Positions 1 to 10,398 of a stretch of DNA of 64,000 nucleotides are shown here, one piece after another. Under the pieces are notes generated by a model. That model was not told the DNA's origin, searched no databases, and saw only the letters and a list, made by a program, of their open reading frames with translations. This stretch comes from an uncultured Planctomycetota bacterium. GTDB lineage: Bacteria > Planctomycetota > Planctomycetia > Isosphaerales > Isosphaeraceae. Position numbers and translations under genes: made by a program. Within the stretch, counting starts at the first letter, position 1; every line of letters starts with the position of its first letter. Location: assembly GCA_963845755.1 (NCBI GenBank), contig CAWJTV010000005.1, positions 32,001 to 96,000 of the forward strand, written 5' to 3'.

Positions 1-612
1 ATTGGCAGCGTTGAAGATGCCGCCGCCAAAGCCGTAGTCGAGATTGGAGCTCGTGGCGATGTTGCCCGAAATGGTGCAGTCGGTCAGCGTCAGCGTTCCG
101 TTGTTGTCGATCCCGCCGCCATATTCAGTCATACCACTCGCGATGGTAAGACCCGAGATCGAGGCGGTCGCGCCTGGGAGCCCGGGCGTCGGTCCGAAGA
201 CCGAGAACACCCCAACGGCATTATTTCCGCTGATCGTCACGAGGCTGGCGCCGGGGCCGTCGATCTCCTCCGGACCGGCGGTTTCCGAGAGCGACAGCGT
301 ACTGGACAGCGTGATGGTCTGCGGCGTGCCGAAGACCGTCGGGTCGAACTGGATCACACTGCCGTCGGTGTTCGGGTTGGCGTTGGCCTGGTCGATGCAA
401 TACAGCAGGTCGCCCGTGGTCCCCGAGCCGGCGCCGGTGTCGGTGGTCGCGTTGACCGTGTAGATCGTCGCCGCCAGCAGGCGCCGGTTCTCCAGGCTCT
501 CCAGTGCACGGAGGCGGCGGCGCTGGGGGCGCGTGCGTGTGCGCTTGCGAGCGCTCGACGGCGTGACAATCGAGAACAAAGCCGAAAACGGTCGAGACCT
601 GTGGCGCAACAT
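1..612 (-). CDS. Planctomycete secreted/surface protein with LEPR-XLL-type leader and beta-helix-like repeats; 3' end runs off the window
   Basis: Translated by hand from the ATG at 612: MLRHRSRPF...RRRLRALESLENRRLLAATIYTVNATTDTGAGSGTTGDLLYCIDQANAN...GGGIDNNGTLTLTDCTISGN...GGGIFN; open to base 1. Confidence 0.85.
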   Translation of the reverse strand, partial: MLRHRSRPFSALFSIVTPSSARKRTRTRPQRRRLRALESLENRRLLAATIYTVNATTDTGAGSGTTGDLLYCIDQANANPNTDGSVIQFDPTVFGTPQTITLSSTLSLSETAGPEEIDGPGASLVTISGNNAVGVFSVFGPTPGLPGATASISGLTIASGMTEYGGGIDNNGTLTLTDCTISGNIATSSNLDYGFGGGIFNAAN

Positions 613-1084
613 GGTGTAGCCCCTTCCAATAGGACCAAAACCAGAGATTTCCCGTGGAAACCCAGGCGTGAAGCGACTCACGATCGACGATCTTCGATGC
701 CAACGTCAGAAACACGAGGAGAGTGGGCGGGAATCGTCTTGTAACCGGCCCATCCGCATCGGGAGGCCGTATCGTCCGTGAAGGCGCGCGAAGCCCAGCG
801 TCGCACGATGAAACCGGTTCGCGCGGTCACCAAAGACGGACGTTCGAAAACGCTGTGGTGGTTGTGTGCTCCTCTTACGTCCCCAAAAATAAGTTGTGAC
901 TCCATTTCTTCAATAAGTGTGGCGAAAAATCAACTAAGTTGGTCCTGTTTTACATTTCTTTACAATGCTGAGCCCTGCGGGGCGATCATCTCGGGTTCGA
1001 AAATCCCCTGTGCGGGAAGAAAATGACCGAATATGATGCAAACTTCTTGGCAATGTGCTCTGTCAGGTTTCTCGCCGCGTTGCT

Positions 1085-1270
1085 AAGGGGCCGCAGGAGC
1101 AAAGCCCCGGGTGAAACCCGGGGTCCGCGGCAAGGCAGCCCCATCCCGGCGGCCTGCAGGGCCGCAGGAGACTTCCGGCACCCCGTCGGGGTGCACGAGG
1201 AAGGTGCAGGGTGCACGAGTCCCAGGGTTTCACTCTGGGCGGGGCTCCCGCGGCCCGTCAGGCCGCAGAA
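1085..1270. repeat. REP-like palindromic doublet
   Basis: GGGGCCGCAGGAGCAAAGCCCCGGGTGAAACCCGGGG is mirrored by CCCAGGGTTTCACTCTGGGCGGGGCTCCCGCGGCCC, with internal hairpins (CACCCCGTCGGGGTG). Confidence 0.7.
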
Positions 1271-1310
1271 CCTCGGTTGACAGTGTATGCGCAACCCATC
1301 TGTTTTGCGC

Positions 1311-1458
1311 TCTGAGGCGGCGTTCGGCCGCAACCAAAAGAGGGATTCCGGATTCGAGATTCCGGATTCCAGAACGGAATGATTCGGGAATGCCGAGTCG
1401 GGAATTCGCAATCCTCAGATGCGTGCAGGGTGCAGGGATCCTACCGAAAAAGTCTCTA
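1311..1458 (+). repeat. Dispersed hairpin/heptamer element, copy A
   Basis: GCGGCGTTCGGCCGCAACC, GATTC heptamers, GGAAT heptamers, tail GCAGGGTGCAGGGATCCTACCGAAAAAGTCTCTA; same layout at 5395, 56044, 56476. Confidence 0.8.
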
Positions 1459-1721
1459 GAAGCCCGACTCGCCCGCGAGTGGATTCCGGCAGGGAAGATC
1501 GCTTCACTCGCTGGCACTTCGGGCTCGTATCCGATCGCGGCAGTGGCCACGCCTATTGGCCCATGAGCCAAAAAGTCAACGATGTGTTGCCGGTCCGCAT
1601 CGAACCCTTGATTTTCCCGTCGCGGCGAGTTTAGCCTGGTGAAGTTTGTATCGCTTCGGGTACCGGGGCACTGCCGCCCTTCTCGCCCATCACCCTGACT
1701 TCGCCTTAGAAAGGTCCAAAG

Positions 1722-2429
1722 GTGCGCCTAAAATATTATTTAACTGGCATAGTATTGTTTGTTTCCGCCATGATTTGCATGCCCGGTGTTCCGGTTCGCG
1801 GAGAAGTCATCCTGAACTTCAACGATGTGCCACCTGGCACGCTCGTCGTCCCCTCCCCTTACGTCAGCCAGGGGTTTACCCTGACCAGTAGCAGCAGCGG
1901 CTGGGTCTTCAATAGCCCTGACACAGGCAATGGGAGTTCGCAACCGGTAGGCGCCAATGACTTCTATGCCGGAGAGAACGCCCTGGCCGCATTTGCACCG
2001 GCGACCATGACCCTGAGTCAAACCAACGGTGATCCGTTCTCACTCCTGTCGATCGACCTGGCCCGGAATTTCGCATTCGACCCGGCCCCGTCGGTCACCT
2101 TCACGGGGACGCAGGTCGGCGGGGGACAGGTGGTCGATACGGTTACGGTGACCGAACCCGCGGGATTCCCCCAGACCTTCACCACGTTCGACCTCCCGGG
2201 CTTCACGAATCTCGTCTCGGTGAGCTGGGACCAGCCCGACCCTTCGGCTGGCCTTAACCAGTTCACCAACATCGTGCTTACCGCCGGGGCCGTACCCGAA
2301 CCCTCCACGCTGATCATGCTGGGCCTGGGGCTTCCGCTGGTGCTGGCCTATACGCAGCCGCGCCAGGAGGCGACGGGCGTGAGTCGTCGCATTCGGGATT
2401 CGTCACCCGACCCGGGACGAGTATCTTGA
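1722..2429 (+). CDS. PEP-CTERM sorting-domain surface protein
   Basis: N-terminal signal peptide, Thr/Ser/Gly-rich body, C-terminal VPEPSTLIMLGLGLPLVLAY plus basic tail. Confidence 0.85.
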   Translation: MRLKYYLTGIVLFVSAMICMPGVPVRGEVILNFNDVPPGTLVVPSPYVSQGFTLTSSSSGWVFNSPDTGNGSSQPVGANDFYAGENALAAFAPATMTLSQTNGDPFSLLSIDLARNFAFDPAPSVTFTGTQVGGGQVVDTVTVTEPAGFPQTFTTFDLPGFTNLVSVSWDQPDPSAGLNQFTNIVLTAGAVPEPSTLIMLGLGLPLVLAYTQPRQEATGVSRRIRDSSPDPGRVS

Positions 2430-2479
2430 CACACGCCGCCATGGAGTGGAATCGAGAGTCTGTTCCCTAAGTCCCTTCC

Positions 2480-2982
2480 TGAGCCCCTGGATGGGGGCGG
2501 AAGCACGTAGCCAGGGGCGTGAGCCCCTGGACGAGGGGGGTTCCCCCGATTCGGGGAGCCCCGGAGGGGCGACAGAAACCCTGTGGCCCTGAGGACGTCT
2601 GTCGCCCCTCCGGGGCTCGAAGGACGGTCGAGGGGGTCGCGGTCGATCGTCCAGGGGCTCACGCCCTCGTTGTTCTACACAAGTCATAGATCCATAGGGA
2701 ACAATGGGTTCCGTCAAGTTGCCGTGGCCAAATCGATCATTTTATACTAATAATGCTATATGTGCACTAGATAATTTATCGGTTTTTCGCGGGAAATCTC
2801 AATATCGGCGAAATCCTGATAAAAATATGCGTCGCAGGTGTATATACTGTACATGTAGTGTACACTGCCCGCGCGTGGCCCTGTTTCCCATTGCAACTCA
2901 TTACTTCAAAATGGGTTACGACTTGTGTAGATGACCGAGGGCTCACGCCCCTGGCTACGTCCGGTCGCCCCTCTGGGGCTTT
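2480..2982. repeat. GTAG-type REP cluster (REPIN/BIME-like) interrupted by a MITE
   Basis: GTAGCCAGGGGCGTGAGCCCCTGG at 2507-2530; inner inverted pair AGCCCCGGAGGGGCGACAGA (2557-2576) / TCTGTCGCCCCTCCGGGGCT (2598-2617); the inverted REP copy is split between 2651-2664 and 2941-2958. Confidence 0.8.
2665..2940. mobile_element. Non-autonomous MITE (276 bp) with terminal inverted repeats and 8-bp target-site duplication
   Basis: Left end CCTCGTTGTTCTACACAAGTCATAGATCCAT; right end reverse-complement CCTCGGTCATCTACACAAGTCGTAACCCAT; GCTCACGC repeated at 2657-2664 and 2941-2948; AT-rich interior. Confidence 0.85.
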
Positions 2983-3248
2983 TGGAACAGACTCTCGAGT
3001 CCCGGATCGCTGTCCGGGGCCGATTCCGCCCCTCGGGATCCTCATTCTGGGCCCGAGAGGACCGCACGGGGCTTGGCCGCGAATGTCTTGAAACGCGGGC
3101 GGCTTTTCGAGTTCGGCGCGCCCGCCTCGTCATGCTGGATGATTTCACCCCGTTCTCCCCGGCCCACCTGGACCGACGCCTGATCCGTTCACTCATCCCA
3201 ACGTCCCCCACAGGTGCTCGCCACAGCGGTCGCGTGTATGATGTTGCC

Positions 3249-4838
3249 ATGGGATCACTTTCACGTGGCGAGAACCTGGATCGGCTCCGCGCTGGTGGCA
3301 CCTGGGACGTCGTGGTGATCGGTGGGGGCGCCACCGGGTTGGGTTCCGCGGTCGATGCCGCGGTGCGCGGGTATCGCACGGTCTTGCTCGAGGCGCGCGA
3401 CTTCGCCCAGGGGACTTCGAGCCGAAGCACCAAACTCATCCATGGCGGTGTCCGCTATCTGGCACAGGGAGATATCCCGCTGGTCCGCGAGGCGCTTCAC
3501 GAGCGAGGTGTCCTGTTTCGCAATGCGCCGCATCTGGTCCATTCGCGCGAATTCGTCGTGCCGGCCTACCGATGGAGAGAGATCCCCTTTTACGGGATCG
3601 GCTTGAAAGTCTATGACCTGCTGGCGGGACGTTACAACCTCAGGCGTTCGCGGTGGATCGGCCCGGCCGACGTGGTGGTGCGCATCCCGAGCCTCGTCCG
3701 AACCGGATTACGCGGGGGGATTGTCTATACTGACGGCCAGTTCGACGATGCGCGGCTGGCGATCGCCCTGGCCCGCACGCTGGTTGACCTCGGTGGCACC
3801 GCTCTCAATGGGGCGCCAGTCACGGGCTTTACCAAGCGCGGAGGACGGATCACCGGAGTCACAGCCCGCGATGCGGAGACCGGCGAGGAGTTCGCCCTCG
3901 AGGCGCGCGGGGTGATCAACGCGACGGGCGTGTATGCCGACGCGGTCCGGACGATGGATGATCCGGCGGCCGAGACCGCACCGTTGCTGAGCCCCAGCCA
4001 GGGGACACACCTGGTGCTCGACCGCGACTTCTTTCGCGGTTCGAGCGCGCTCCTCGTCCCGCACACCAAGGACGGCCGCGTCCTGTTCATGATCCCCTGG
4101 CATAACCGGATACTCGTCGGCACGACGGATACGCCGGTCACCGAGATCGCGCTCGAACCCCGGCCGCGTCGGGAAGAGATCGCGTACCTTCTCGATCACG
4201 TGGCCCGGTACCTGGAACCGAGCCCGACCGCGGGGGATGTCCAGAGCACATTTGCCGGGCTTCGGCCGCTGCTCCGGGGCCAGAACGGCAAGGTCGCCGG
4301 CTCGACGGCGAAACTGTCGCGCGAACATGCCGTGGTGGTTTCCGACTCGCGCCTGGTCACGATCACGGGCGGGAAGTGGACGACCTACCGACGGATGGCA
4401 ATCGATGCCGTGGACCACGCGGCGCAGATCGGCGGTCTCCCCGATCGTCCGTTGACCACGCATCAGCTCCGGCTTCATGGCTGGGAGGTTGACCCCGACG
4501 AACGAGACGAAGCGCTCCTCATGTACGGGTCGGACGCCTCGCAATTGCGAACGCTCGGCTCAGAACGCCCCGAGTGGGGCCAACCGTTGCATCGGAGGCT
4601 CCCCTACTGGACGATGGAAGTCGTCTGGGCCGCCCGACACGAGGCGGCGCGGACCGTCGAGGACGTCCTGGCGCGGCGGACGCGGGCCCTCTTCCTCGAT
4701 GCCCACGCGAGCATCGAGATCGCTCCTCAGGTCGCGGCAATGCTGGCGTTCGAGCTAGGGCGAGACCCTGCCTGGCAGGGAGATCAGGTCGCGCGGTTCC
4801 GCGAGCTGGCGGAGCGCTATCTGGTCCCGCCGCAGTGA
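3249..4838 (+). CDS. glpD: FAD-dependent glycerol-3-phosphate dehydrogenase
   Basis: DVVVIGGGATG, GTSSRSTKLIHGGVRYL, DGQFDDARL, GTTD, ITGGKWTTYR, EDVLARRTR; start placed at MGSLSRGE. Confidence 0.92.
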   Translation: MGSLSRGENLDRLRAGGTWDVVVIGGGATGLGSAVDAAVRGYRTVLLEARDFAQGTSSRSTKLIHGGVRYLAQGDIPLVREALHERGVLFRNAPHLVHSREFVVPAYRWREIPFYGIGLKVYDLLAGRYNLRRSRWIGPADVVVRIPSLVRTGLRGGIVYTDGQFDDARLAIALARTLVDLGGTALNGAPVTGFTKRGGRITGVTARDAETGEEFALEARGVINATGVYADAVRTMDDPAAETAPLLSPSQGTHLVLDRDFFRGSSALLVPHTKDGRVLFMIPWHNRILVGTTDTPVTEIALEPRPRREEIAYLLDHVARYLEPSPTAGDVQSTFAGLRPLLRGQNGKVAGSTAKLSREHAVVVSDSRLVTITGGKWTTYRRMAIDAVDHAAQIGGLPDRPLTTHQLRLHGWEVDPDERDEALLMYGSDASQLRTLGSERPEWGQPLHRRLPYWTMEVVWAARHEAARTVEDVLARRTRALFLDAHASIEIAPQVAAMLAFELGRDPAWQGDQVARFRELAERYLVPPQ

Positions 4839-4893
4839 TCCTCGCTCTCGCGAGCGAACTCATTGTGTGGACGCTCTGCCGCGAGTCGCCCCC

Positions 4894-5259
4894 TTATCGC
4901 CAGAAGCAGTCCATGGGATCCTCGGCGATAAACTCCAGGGCATCATCCAGGGAGAGAGCCGTGCCAAAGTCACCGACGGGTCGCCAGCGATCTTGATAGG
5001 GGTTCCAGTAGAGGACCTCGAACAGTCCCTCTTTTCCGGGGCGGAGCCGCGCGACAGGAACCCCGTCGTCTTCCCGGATCAGGGTATAACCCCGCGCGTC
5101 CTTGCGGACGAAGATGCCGCCGCCGTGTTGCTCGTCGAACGCCTCGATCTGGCCCTGCACGAAATCGAGGATGACGGCACGCCTCCGGCGACCCGGGGTC
5201 TCGACTGCGGCGGTATTGTCCTGTCGGACGCGTCGGTCAGGCGGACTCTTGAATTTCAT
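4894..5259 (-). CDS. Hypothetical protein, DUF3024-like
   Basis: PVARLR...LYW...RW and C-terminal LDDALEFIAEDPMDCFW resemble DUF3024; GGAGG upstream. Confidence 0.6.
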   Translation of the reverse strand: MKFKSPPDRRVRQDNTAAVETPGRRRRAVILDFVQGQIEAFDEQHGGGIFVRKDARGYTLIREDDGVPVARLRPGKEGLFEVLYWNPYQDRWRPVGDFGTALSLDDALEFIAEDPMDCFWR

Positions 5260-5394
5260 AAACCCCTCCTTCGCTACGCCTCAGACCCGGACGCATCGAT
5301 CCAATCACTCCTTCGAATCTCTTCTCAGCAGTCCCGACGCCTGTCATCATACCCGAATCGGGAGCCAAAAGTGAGAAGTCAGCGGTCGGATCCC

Positions 5395-5546
5395 CTAATG
5401 CGGCTCGGCCGCAACCCAATCGGGATTCCCGATTCGAGATTCCGGATTCCCGAAGGAGAATAATCCGGGAATCGGGAATCTCGAATCCGGAATTCGGAAT
5501 CCCCAGAGGCGCGCAGGGCGCAGGGATCCTACGGAGGAAGACTCTA
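5395..5546 (+). repeat. Dispersed hairpin/heptamer element, copy B
   Basis: CTAATGCGGCTCGGCCGCAACC, GATTC heptamers, GAATC heptamers, GCGCAGGGCGCAGGGATCCTACGGAGGAAGACTCTA. Confidence 0.8.
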
Positions 5547-5677
5547 CGCTTGTTCCGGGACTGCGCCGGAACAAGTGGCCCCGGCGGGGCAGTTGAATTA
5601 AAAGTCAACCATCGACAACAAATTGTCGATGCGCGGCCCATAAGGGCCTAGTGGGCTCCTGTCCGGTGGGTGCGGTC

Positions 5678-5686
5678 TGGTAGAAT
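5678..5686 (+). promoter_or_regulatory. Possible extended -10 element for the TPP-enzyme gene
   Basis: TGGTAGAAT about 40 bp upstream of the ATG at 5726. Confidence 0.3.
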
Positions 5687-5725
5687 CCCCGGGGTCGAAT
5701 CCGTTGACGAAGGAACCCAGGAACG

Positions 5726-7342
5726 ATGCCGAACGGCGCGGATGTACTCGTTGAGGGATTGGTTCGATGGGGAGTGCGGCACCTCTTCGGGATGCCGGGT
5801 TCCCATTCCACGACCATCTACGATGCACTCGCCCGGTCGGGTTCGATCCGTACGATCCTGATCCGCAACGAGCAGGCCGGCGCCTTCGCGGCGGACGGCT
5901 CGGCGCGCGTCACGGGTGAGCCCGGGGTGGTGTGTACTACCGCGGGGCCCGGCGCGACCAACGCTTTGAGCGGGGTCGCCGAATGCTGGGCCGACTCGAT
6001 CCCCATCCTTCTGCTAGCGGGCCAGGTTAATTCCGATGCGATGGATCGGGAATGCGGCAATTATCATGAGATCGACCTCGAGGGGATCTTTCGTCCGGCG
6101 ACGGCCTGGTGCGGGACGGTCCGGCGAGTCGATCGAATTCCCGCCATGCTGGGCCGGGCGTTTCAGGCGATGACATGGGGACGGCCTCGGCCCGCCGCGC
6201 TGTTCCTCCCTCAAGACCTGATGCGCGCGCCGTGGGAGGATTCTGCGGGGTGGCCTTCGTTTCCACCAGCGCCGCGACCCGACGTGCCGGACGATGCGAT
6301 CGAACAGGCCGCCGAGCTCCTGGCGAACGCGAGTCAACCGGTCATCCTGGCGGGTGGCGGAGCGCTCTGGTCGGGCGCGGCCGAGGCGATCGAAGATCTG
6401 GCCCGGCGGCTCGGTGCGCCGGTGATCACCACGCTCAACGCCAAGGGCCTTCTGGACGAGCGCCACCCACTCTCACTCGGTCATGCGCGGTCGGTCCGAG
6501 CGAAGGCCGTCCTTCCGCACGCCGACGTCATGCTGGCCGTCGGCTGCCGATTCACCGAGGTGCTCACGGACTGGAGGCGGATGCCGGTCCCGAGCCGTCT
6601 GATCCAGATCGACATCGAACCGGACCAGATCGGCATGAATCACCCGGTGGTCGTGGGGATCGTGGCCGACGCGGAGGCCGCCTGCCGCGCCCTCGTTGCG
6701 GCGCTGGCAGACCTACCAGTTCCCCAAGGCTCAGGTTGGGGTACTCTCTGGGACGAGGCACGCACTGCGCGGCATCCCCGACCCGAGTGGCTGATCGAGA
6801 CCCTTCGCAGTGCTCTCCCCGACGATGTCCCGGTCTTCACCGACGCCTGCGAGATCGGCTATCGCATGCATGCGGACTGGCCGTCCTACGGCCCTCGACG
6901 GTTCTTCTACCCGTCCAATTACATCACCCTGGGCTGGGCCTACCCGGCGGCCATCGGAGCGGCCGTCGGGCTGGGCGACCGTCCGGTCGTCTCCGTCAGC
7001 GGCGACGGCGGCTTTGTCATGACGGCTCAGGAACTGGCAACCGCGGCGCGATACCGGCTCCGCGTGATTGCCCTGGTCCACAACGACTCCACTTATGGGG
7101 CGATCAAGAACATCCAGGACCGGGCCCATGAGGGCCGCCATCTCGATACCGATCTCAACAACCCGGACTTCCCTCGCCTCGCCGAGGCTTACGGCGTCGC
7201 CGGTCGCCAGGCCCGCAAGCCCGACGAGCTACTCGCCGCGATCCGCGAGGCGCTCGACCGGGATGGGCCAACTCTGATCGAAGTCCCGGATCAGTGGCGA
7301 TTCCTCCGGGACCTCGCGACGCCGGTCCGCAAGAATGGATGA
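5726..7342 (+). CDS. Thiamine pyrophosphate-binding enzyme (acetolactate synthase large subunit-like)
   Basis: FGMPG, RNEQAGAFAADG, TAGPGATN, and the TPP motif SGDGGF...N. Confidence 0.9.
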   Translation: MPNGADVLVEGLVRWGVRHLFGMPGSHSTTIYDALARSGSIRTILIRNEQAGAFAADGSARVTGEPGVVCTTAGPGATNALSGVAECWADSIPILLLAGQVNSDAMDRECGNYHEIDLEGIFRPATAWCGTVRRVDRIPAMLGRAFQAMTWGRPRPAALFLPQDLMRAPWEDSAGWPSFPPAPRPDVPDDAIEQAAELLANASQPVILAGGGALWSGAAEAIEDLARRLGAPVITTLNAKGLLDERHPLSLGHARSVRAKAVLPHADVMLAVGCRFTEVLTDWRRMPVPSRLIQIDIEPDQIGMNHPVVVGIVADAEAACRALVAALADLPVPQGSGWGTLWDEARTARHPRPEWLIETLRSALPDDVPVFTDACEIGYRMHADWPSYGPRRFFYPSNYITLGWAYPAAIGAAVGLGDRPVVSVSGDGGFVMTAQELATAARYRLRVIALVHNDSTYGAIKNIQDRAHEGRHLDTDLNNPDFPRLAEAYGVAGRQARKPDELLAAIREALDRDGPTLIEVPDQWRFLRDLATPVRKNG

Positions 7343-8494
7343 CTAACGCCGCGTGTAGGCCAGTGCCAGGAGGGCATACGCGGTCACCAGGTTGGCGTCT
7401 CCTTCAAGGAACCGATCGGCCGAGTTGACCCAGCTCCCGTCGGCCTGCTGGCGCTTGGCCAGGGCCGCGATCAGCTCCGGCTTCCAGGTATGCGAGGCAC
7501 CCGCGGCGTCGGTGAGGGTCGGCTCGCCGAGCACGGCCATGGTCTTGGCGAACGTGTGGTAATAGTAGTAGAGCCCCTGTTGCCCGAGTCCCGGGTTTTC
7601 GTCGAGCGTGTAATGCCCTGTGATGTAGGTCAGGGCCGCCTTGACTCGGGGGTCGTTCTTATCGAGCCCGGCGTAGATCATGCTCTTGAGCCCGGCGTAC
7701 GTCATGCTGGCGTACGATCGAAGTCCGCCATCAGGAGTCTTGCCGGCCATGGTCTCGCCGCCGTTCGCGGCCGTGTAGACGAACCCGCCGTCGTTGACCT
7801 TGGCGGACCACGCCTGATCGTTGAACTCGCCCTTGAGATTCTGGCACCTCGACACGAAGACGAGGGCCTTCGTCAAGTTCGGGTCGTCCGGGGGCAGGCC
7901 GGTCTCGCGTAAGGCTTCCATGAAGAAGGCCGTATTGGAGAGGTCGGGCCGGCTGTTTCGGCCGCCATATCCGGCTCCGCCGTAGAAGGCATCCTCGCGC
8001 GTCTTCCCCTCGGTCTCGTCCCATTGCATCGTCTTGAGGAAGTTCTGGCCGGCCTTGATCGTGCGGTCATAGCGGCCCTTCCGATTGGCTTCCTGAAAGG
8101 CGATCAGGGTGATCGACGTCGAGTAATTGGCATGGGGTGCCTCGGAAAGCCCTCCCTTGGGCCCGATGAAGCCTTCCAGGTAGGTCAAGGCCCGGGTGAC
8201 CGCGGGATCGTCGGGAGTGACCTGTCCGGATCGCAGCAGCGCCGTGACCACCAGGGCCGTGATCCCCGGCTCGCGCTGGGTGGACCAGCCGCCCTTGGCG
8301 TCTTGCCGGGGTCGCAGAAAGGCGATTCCGCGTTCGGTCAGCTTCGCCGCCGAGGTCGCGTCAGCCGCCGTACCCTTGGACGGCTCGTCGGCGGCGCCGG
8401 CGCGATTCGACAGGCCTTGCGACCACGCCAGCAAGCCGAGGGTTTGCGCGCCACGGTCGAGGAACTGCCGGCGGGAAGTCGTTCTGGACGTCAT
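7343..8494 (-). CDS. Prenyltransferase/squalene oxidase repeat protein with probable Tat signal
   Basis: SRRQFL twin-arginine motif; QW-like repeats (RQDAKGGW, RQQADGSW); DLSNT; GGFVY. Confidence 0.8.
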   Translation of the reverse strand: MTSRTTSRRQFLDRGAQTLGLLAWSQGLSNRAGAADEPSKGTAADATSAAKLTERGIAFLRPRQDAKGGWSTQREPGITALVVTALLRSGQVTPDDPAVTRALTYLEGFIGPKGGLSEAPHANYSTSITLIAFQEANRKGRYDRTIKAGQNFLKTMQWDETEGKTREDAFYGGAGYGGRNSRPDLSNTAFFMEALRETGLPPDDPNLTKALVFVSRCQNLKGEFNDQAWSAKVNDGGFVYTAANGGETMAGKTPDGGLRSYASMTYAGLKSMIYAGLDKNDPRVKAALTYITGHYTLDENPGLGQQGLYYYYHTFAKTMAVLGEPTLTDAAGASHTWKPELIAALAKRQQADGSWVNSADRFLEGDANLVTAYALLALAYTRR

Positions 8495-8740
8495 GCGTTC
8501 GTTGTCCTTTCGCCTGGAGTCTGGTTTCGCCCAACCTTCGCCCGGGATGGCGCGACGGCCCGTGCCTGCTGGTGGATTCCCCTGCCCATAGACGGTAGCC
8601 GTCCTCCATGTCGTATTATAGCGACGATTCCCGCCACACGTCCCGGGGGCTGCGCCGTTATCTTGCGTCCGTTAGGCTCGCGCGGTGAAACTGGATCCGA
8701 GCGGGACCCGGACTTTCAAGAGGTCGGAGGGAATGGCTCG

Positions 8741-9910
8741 ATGCGAGCACGGATCGTTGCGTACCTGCTGCTGGCCGTCGCCGTGACCGGATGCGGAGGG
8801 ACGGTCAGCCAGGAGTATACGTCTCCGGAAGGGAAGTTCCGCGCCCTGTTTCCCGGGAGACCGAACCTGAGTGAACAGACGGTCTCGACCCCGATCGGAC
8901 CGATCGTCTTGAAAATCGCATCCAGTTCGGACTGGTCGCGAACCGAACGTTTCGTGTCTTATGCCGATTATCCCGTCGGGCTGATTCACACCGGCAACCG
9001 GGACTCCATGCTCGACGACGCCTGCCAGGGGATGGCGACCGAGGCGCGGCTGGTCATCCTGAGCAAGATGCCGATCACCATCAAGGGTCATCCGGGCCGC
9101 GAGGTAAGCTTTGAAGCCCAGCCCGGGCACCCAGCCGGGAAGATCTCGGGTCGGGCACGCGTCTATCTGGTGGGCGCGCGACTTTACCGGGTCTTCATGG
9201 ACGGACCTAGTGGGACGATGACCCCGGAGAAAATCGACGGGTTCCTCGACTCTTTCGCCCTGGTGGATCAGGATCCGCAGCCGACGGTGGTCGCGTCCGG
9301 ACCGCCGTCGAAGTTGGTCCGGCATCCGGCCCCGCCCCGGGGAGCCGACCGATCGCCGCTGGGGTTCTACGCGATCCCGGAACCGGCGACCGAGCCGATC
9401 GTGGCGGATCCGTCGCCGCCCGAATCCGAAGGAGGAGATCGACCAGGGGATTCCCTTCCGCATGATCTCGATGCCGACTCGGAAGGGCGCGCCTCGACCG
9501 ATGGGGCCAGGATCCGGGGCTTCACATGGATCGACGGGGATATGGACGTTGTCAGTGGCGCCGGCGGCCGCGGAAAGTCCGACGGAACGCCGGATCACCA
9601 CTTCCGGCTGTCGGTCGAGCTGCCGCCGAACACGATCGTCGAGGCGCTCGTCATCACCAGCACCGGCTCTCACCGTTGGGTAACCCAGCCGAGCGATCGC
9701 GATGGCCCGATCGCGATCTCCCAGAACGGCCGGCCAGTCGCCCGGACGTATGCCGCCCAGGTCGGGGCGTACTCCGGGCCGCAGGACTTCGACCTTTACG
9801 TCAACACCGTCGATGGCGACGGGCCGGGAGCGTCCTTCGACGTTCAGCTCGTTCTGTCAGTCGACGGCAAACCGATCACGCTGAACTCTCGATGCCGGCG
9901 GCCTGGTTAA
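8741..9910 (+). CDS. Putative lipoprotein: two domains joined by a Pro-rich linker
   Basis: MRARIVAYLLLAVAVTGC lipobox; YTSPEGKFRALFPG N-domain; GGAGG upstream. Confidence 0.7.
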   Translation: MRARIVAYLLLAVAVTGCGGTVSQEYTSPEGKFRALFPGRPNLSEQTVSTPIGPIVLKIASSSDWSRTERFVSYADYPVGLIHTGNRDSMLDDACQGMATEARLVILSKMPITIKGHPGREVSFEAQPGHPAGKISGRARVYLVGARLYRVFMDGPSGTMTPEKIDGFLDSFALVDQDPQPTVVASGPPSKLVRHPAPPRGADRSPLGFYAIPEPATEPIVADPSPPESEGGDRPGDSLPHDLDADSEGRASTDGARIRGFTWIDGDMDVVSGAGGRGKSDGTPDHHFRLSVELPPNTIVEALVITSTGSHRWVTQPSDRDGPIAISQNGRPVARTYAAQVGAYSGPQDFDLYVNTVDGDGPGASFDVQLVLSVDGKPITLNSRCRRPG

Positions 9911-9973
9911 CCGGCCGGAGGTCGGGTTTCAGGGCGGATACCGGAGTCGATCTCTTTCCCGAGGGGCGCACCA

Positions 9974-10246
9974 TCAGGCCAGTTTCGCCCCGCACTCCGG
10001 GCAGAACCTGGCGGCGCCGGTAAGCCCATGGCCGCAGCTCGTGCAGCGCTTGCCGTTCGTCTGGGACTGGGGCGTGGGCGCGGCGACGCTCGCGACCGTG
10101 GTCCGGGAGCGCGCCGATAGATTGCGTTCCACGACCGACAGGGCCTTCCATGAATCGCGGTCCTGGATGCGTGAGGGGTGCCGTTCGTCGGTAAAGTCTC
10201 GTCTTGACGACACCTGGGCGTTAACATTGGATGAAGAGCGTCTCAC
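9974..10246 (-). CDS. Small zinc-ribbon protein (start uncertain)
   Basis: C-terminal CTSCGHGLTGAARFCPECGAKL. Confidence 0.55.
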   Translation of the reverse strand: MRRSSSNVNAQVSSRRDFTDERHPSRIQDRDSWKALSVVERNLSARSRTTVASVAAPTPQSQTNGKRCTSCGHGLTGAARFCPECGAKLA

Positions 10247-10398
10247 TTGACCCCGGTCTTACGACACGAAGGCTCGGGCCGAAGCGGTCGGGTATGGCGT
10301 TGCCCGCGCACGATGCTGCCGATGGGACATTCGCAGGCGCTATGGGTCTTGCGGACAGTCCCGTCGGGACCAATCTCTCGCGGAGAGACGGGGGAAGC

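Noticed and set aside
2931..3248. N-terminal extensions of glpD, the lipoprotein (8024) and the MCP (29883) in the ORF track
   Set aside because: They run through repeats or neighbouring genes; recognisable sequence begins at 3249, 8741 and 30270
5600..5725. TPP riboswitch upstream of the TPP-dependent enzyme
   Set aside because: No CTGAGA or ACCTGAT/TAAT/GCGxAGG core motifs; only a simple hairpin and a -10-like box
7343..8494. Squalene-hopene cyclase linked to hpnR
   Set aside because: Too short (383 aa), no DxDD motif, has a Tat signal and lies 32 kb from hpnR
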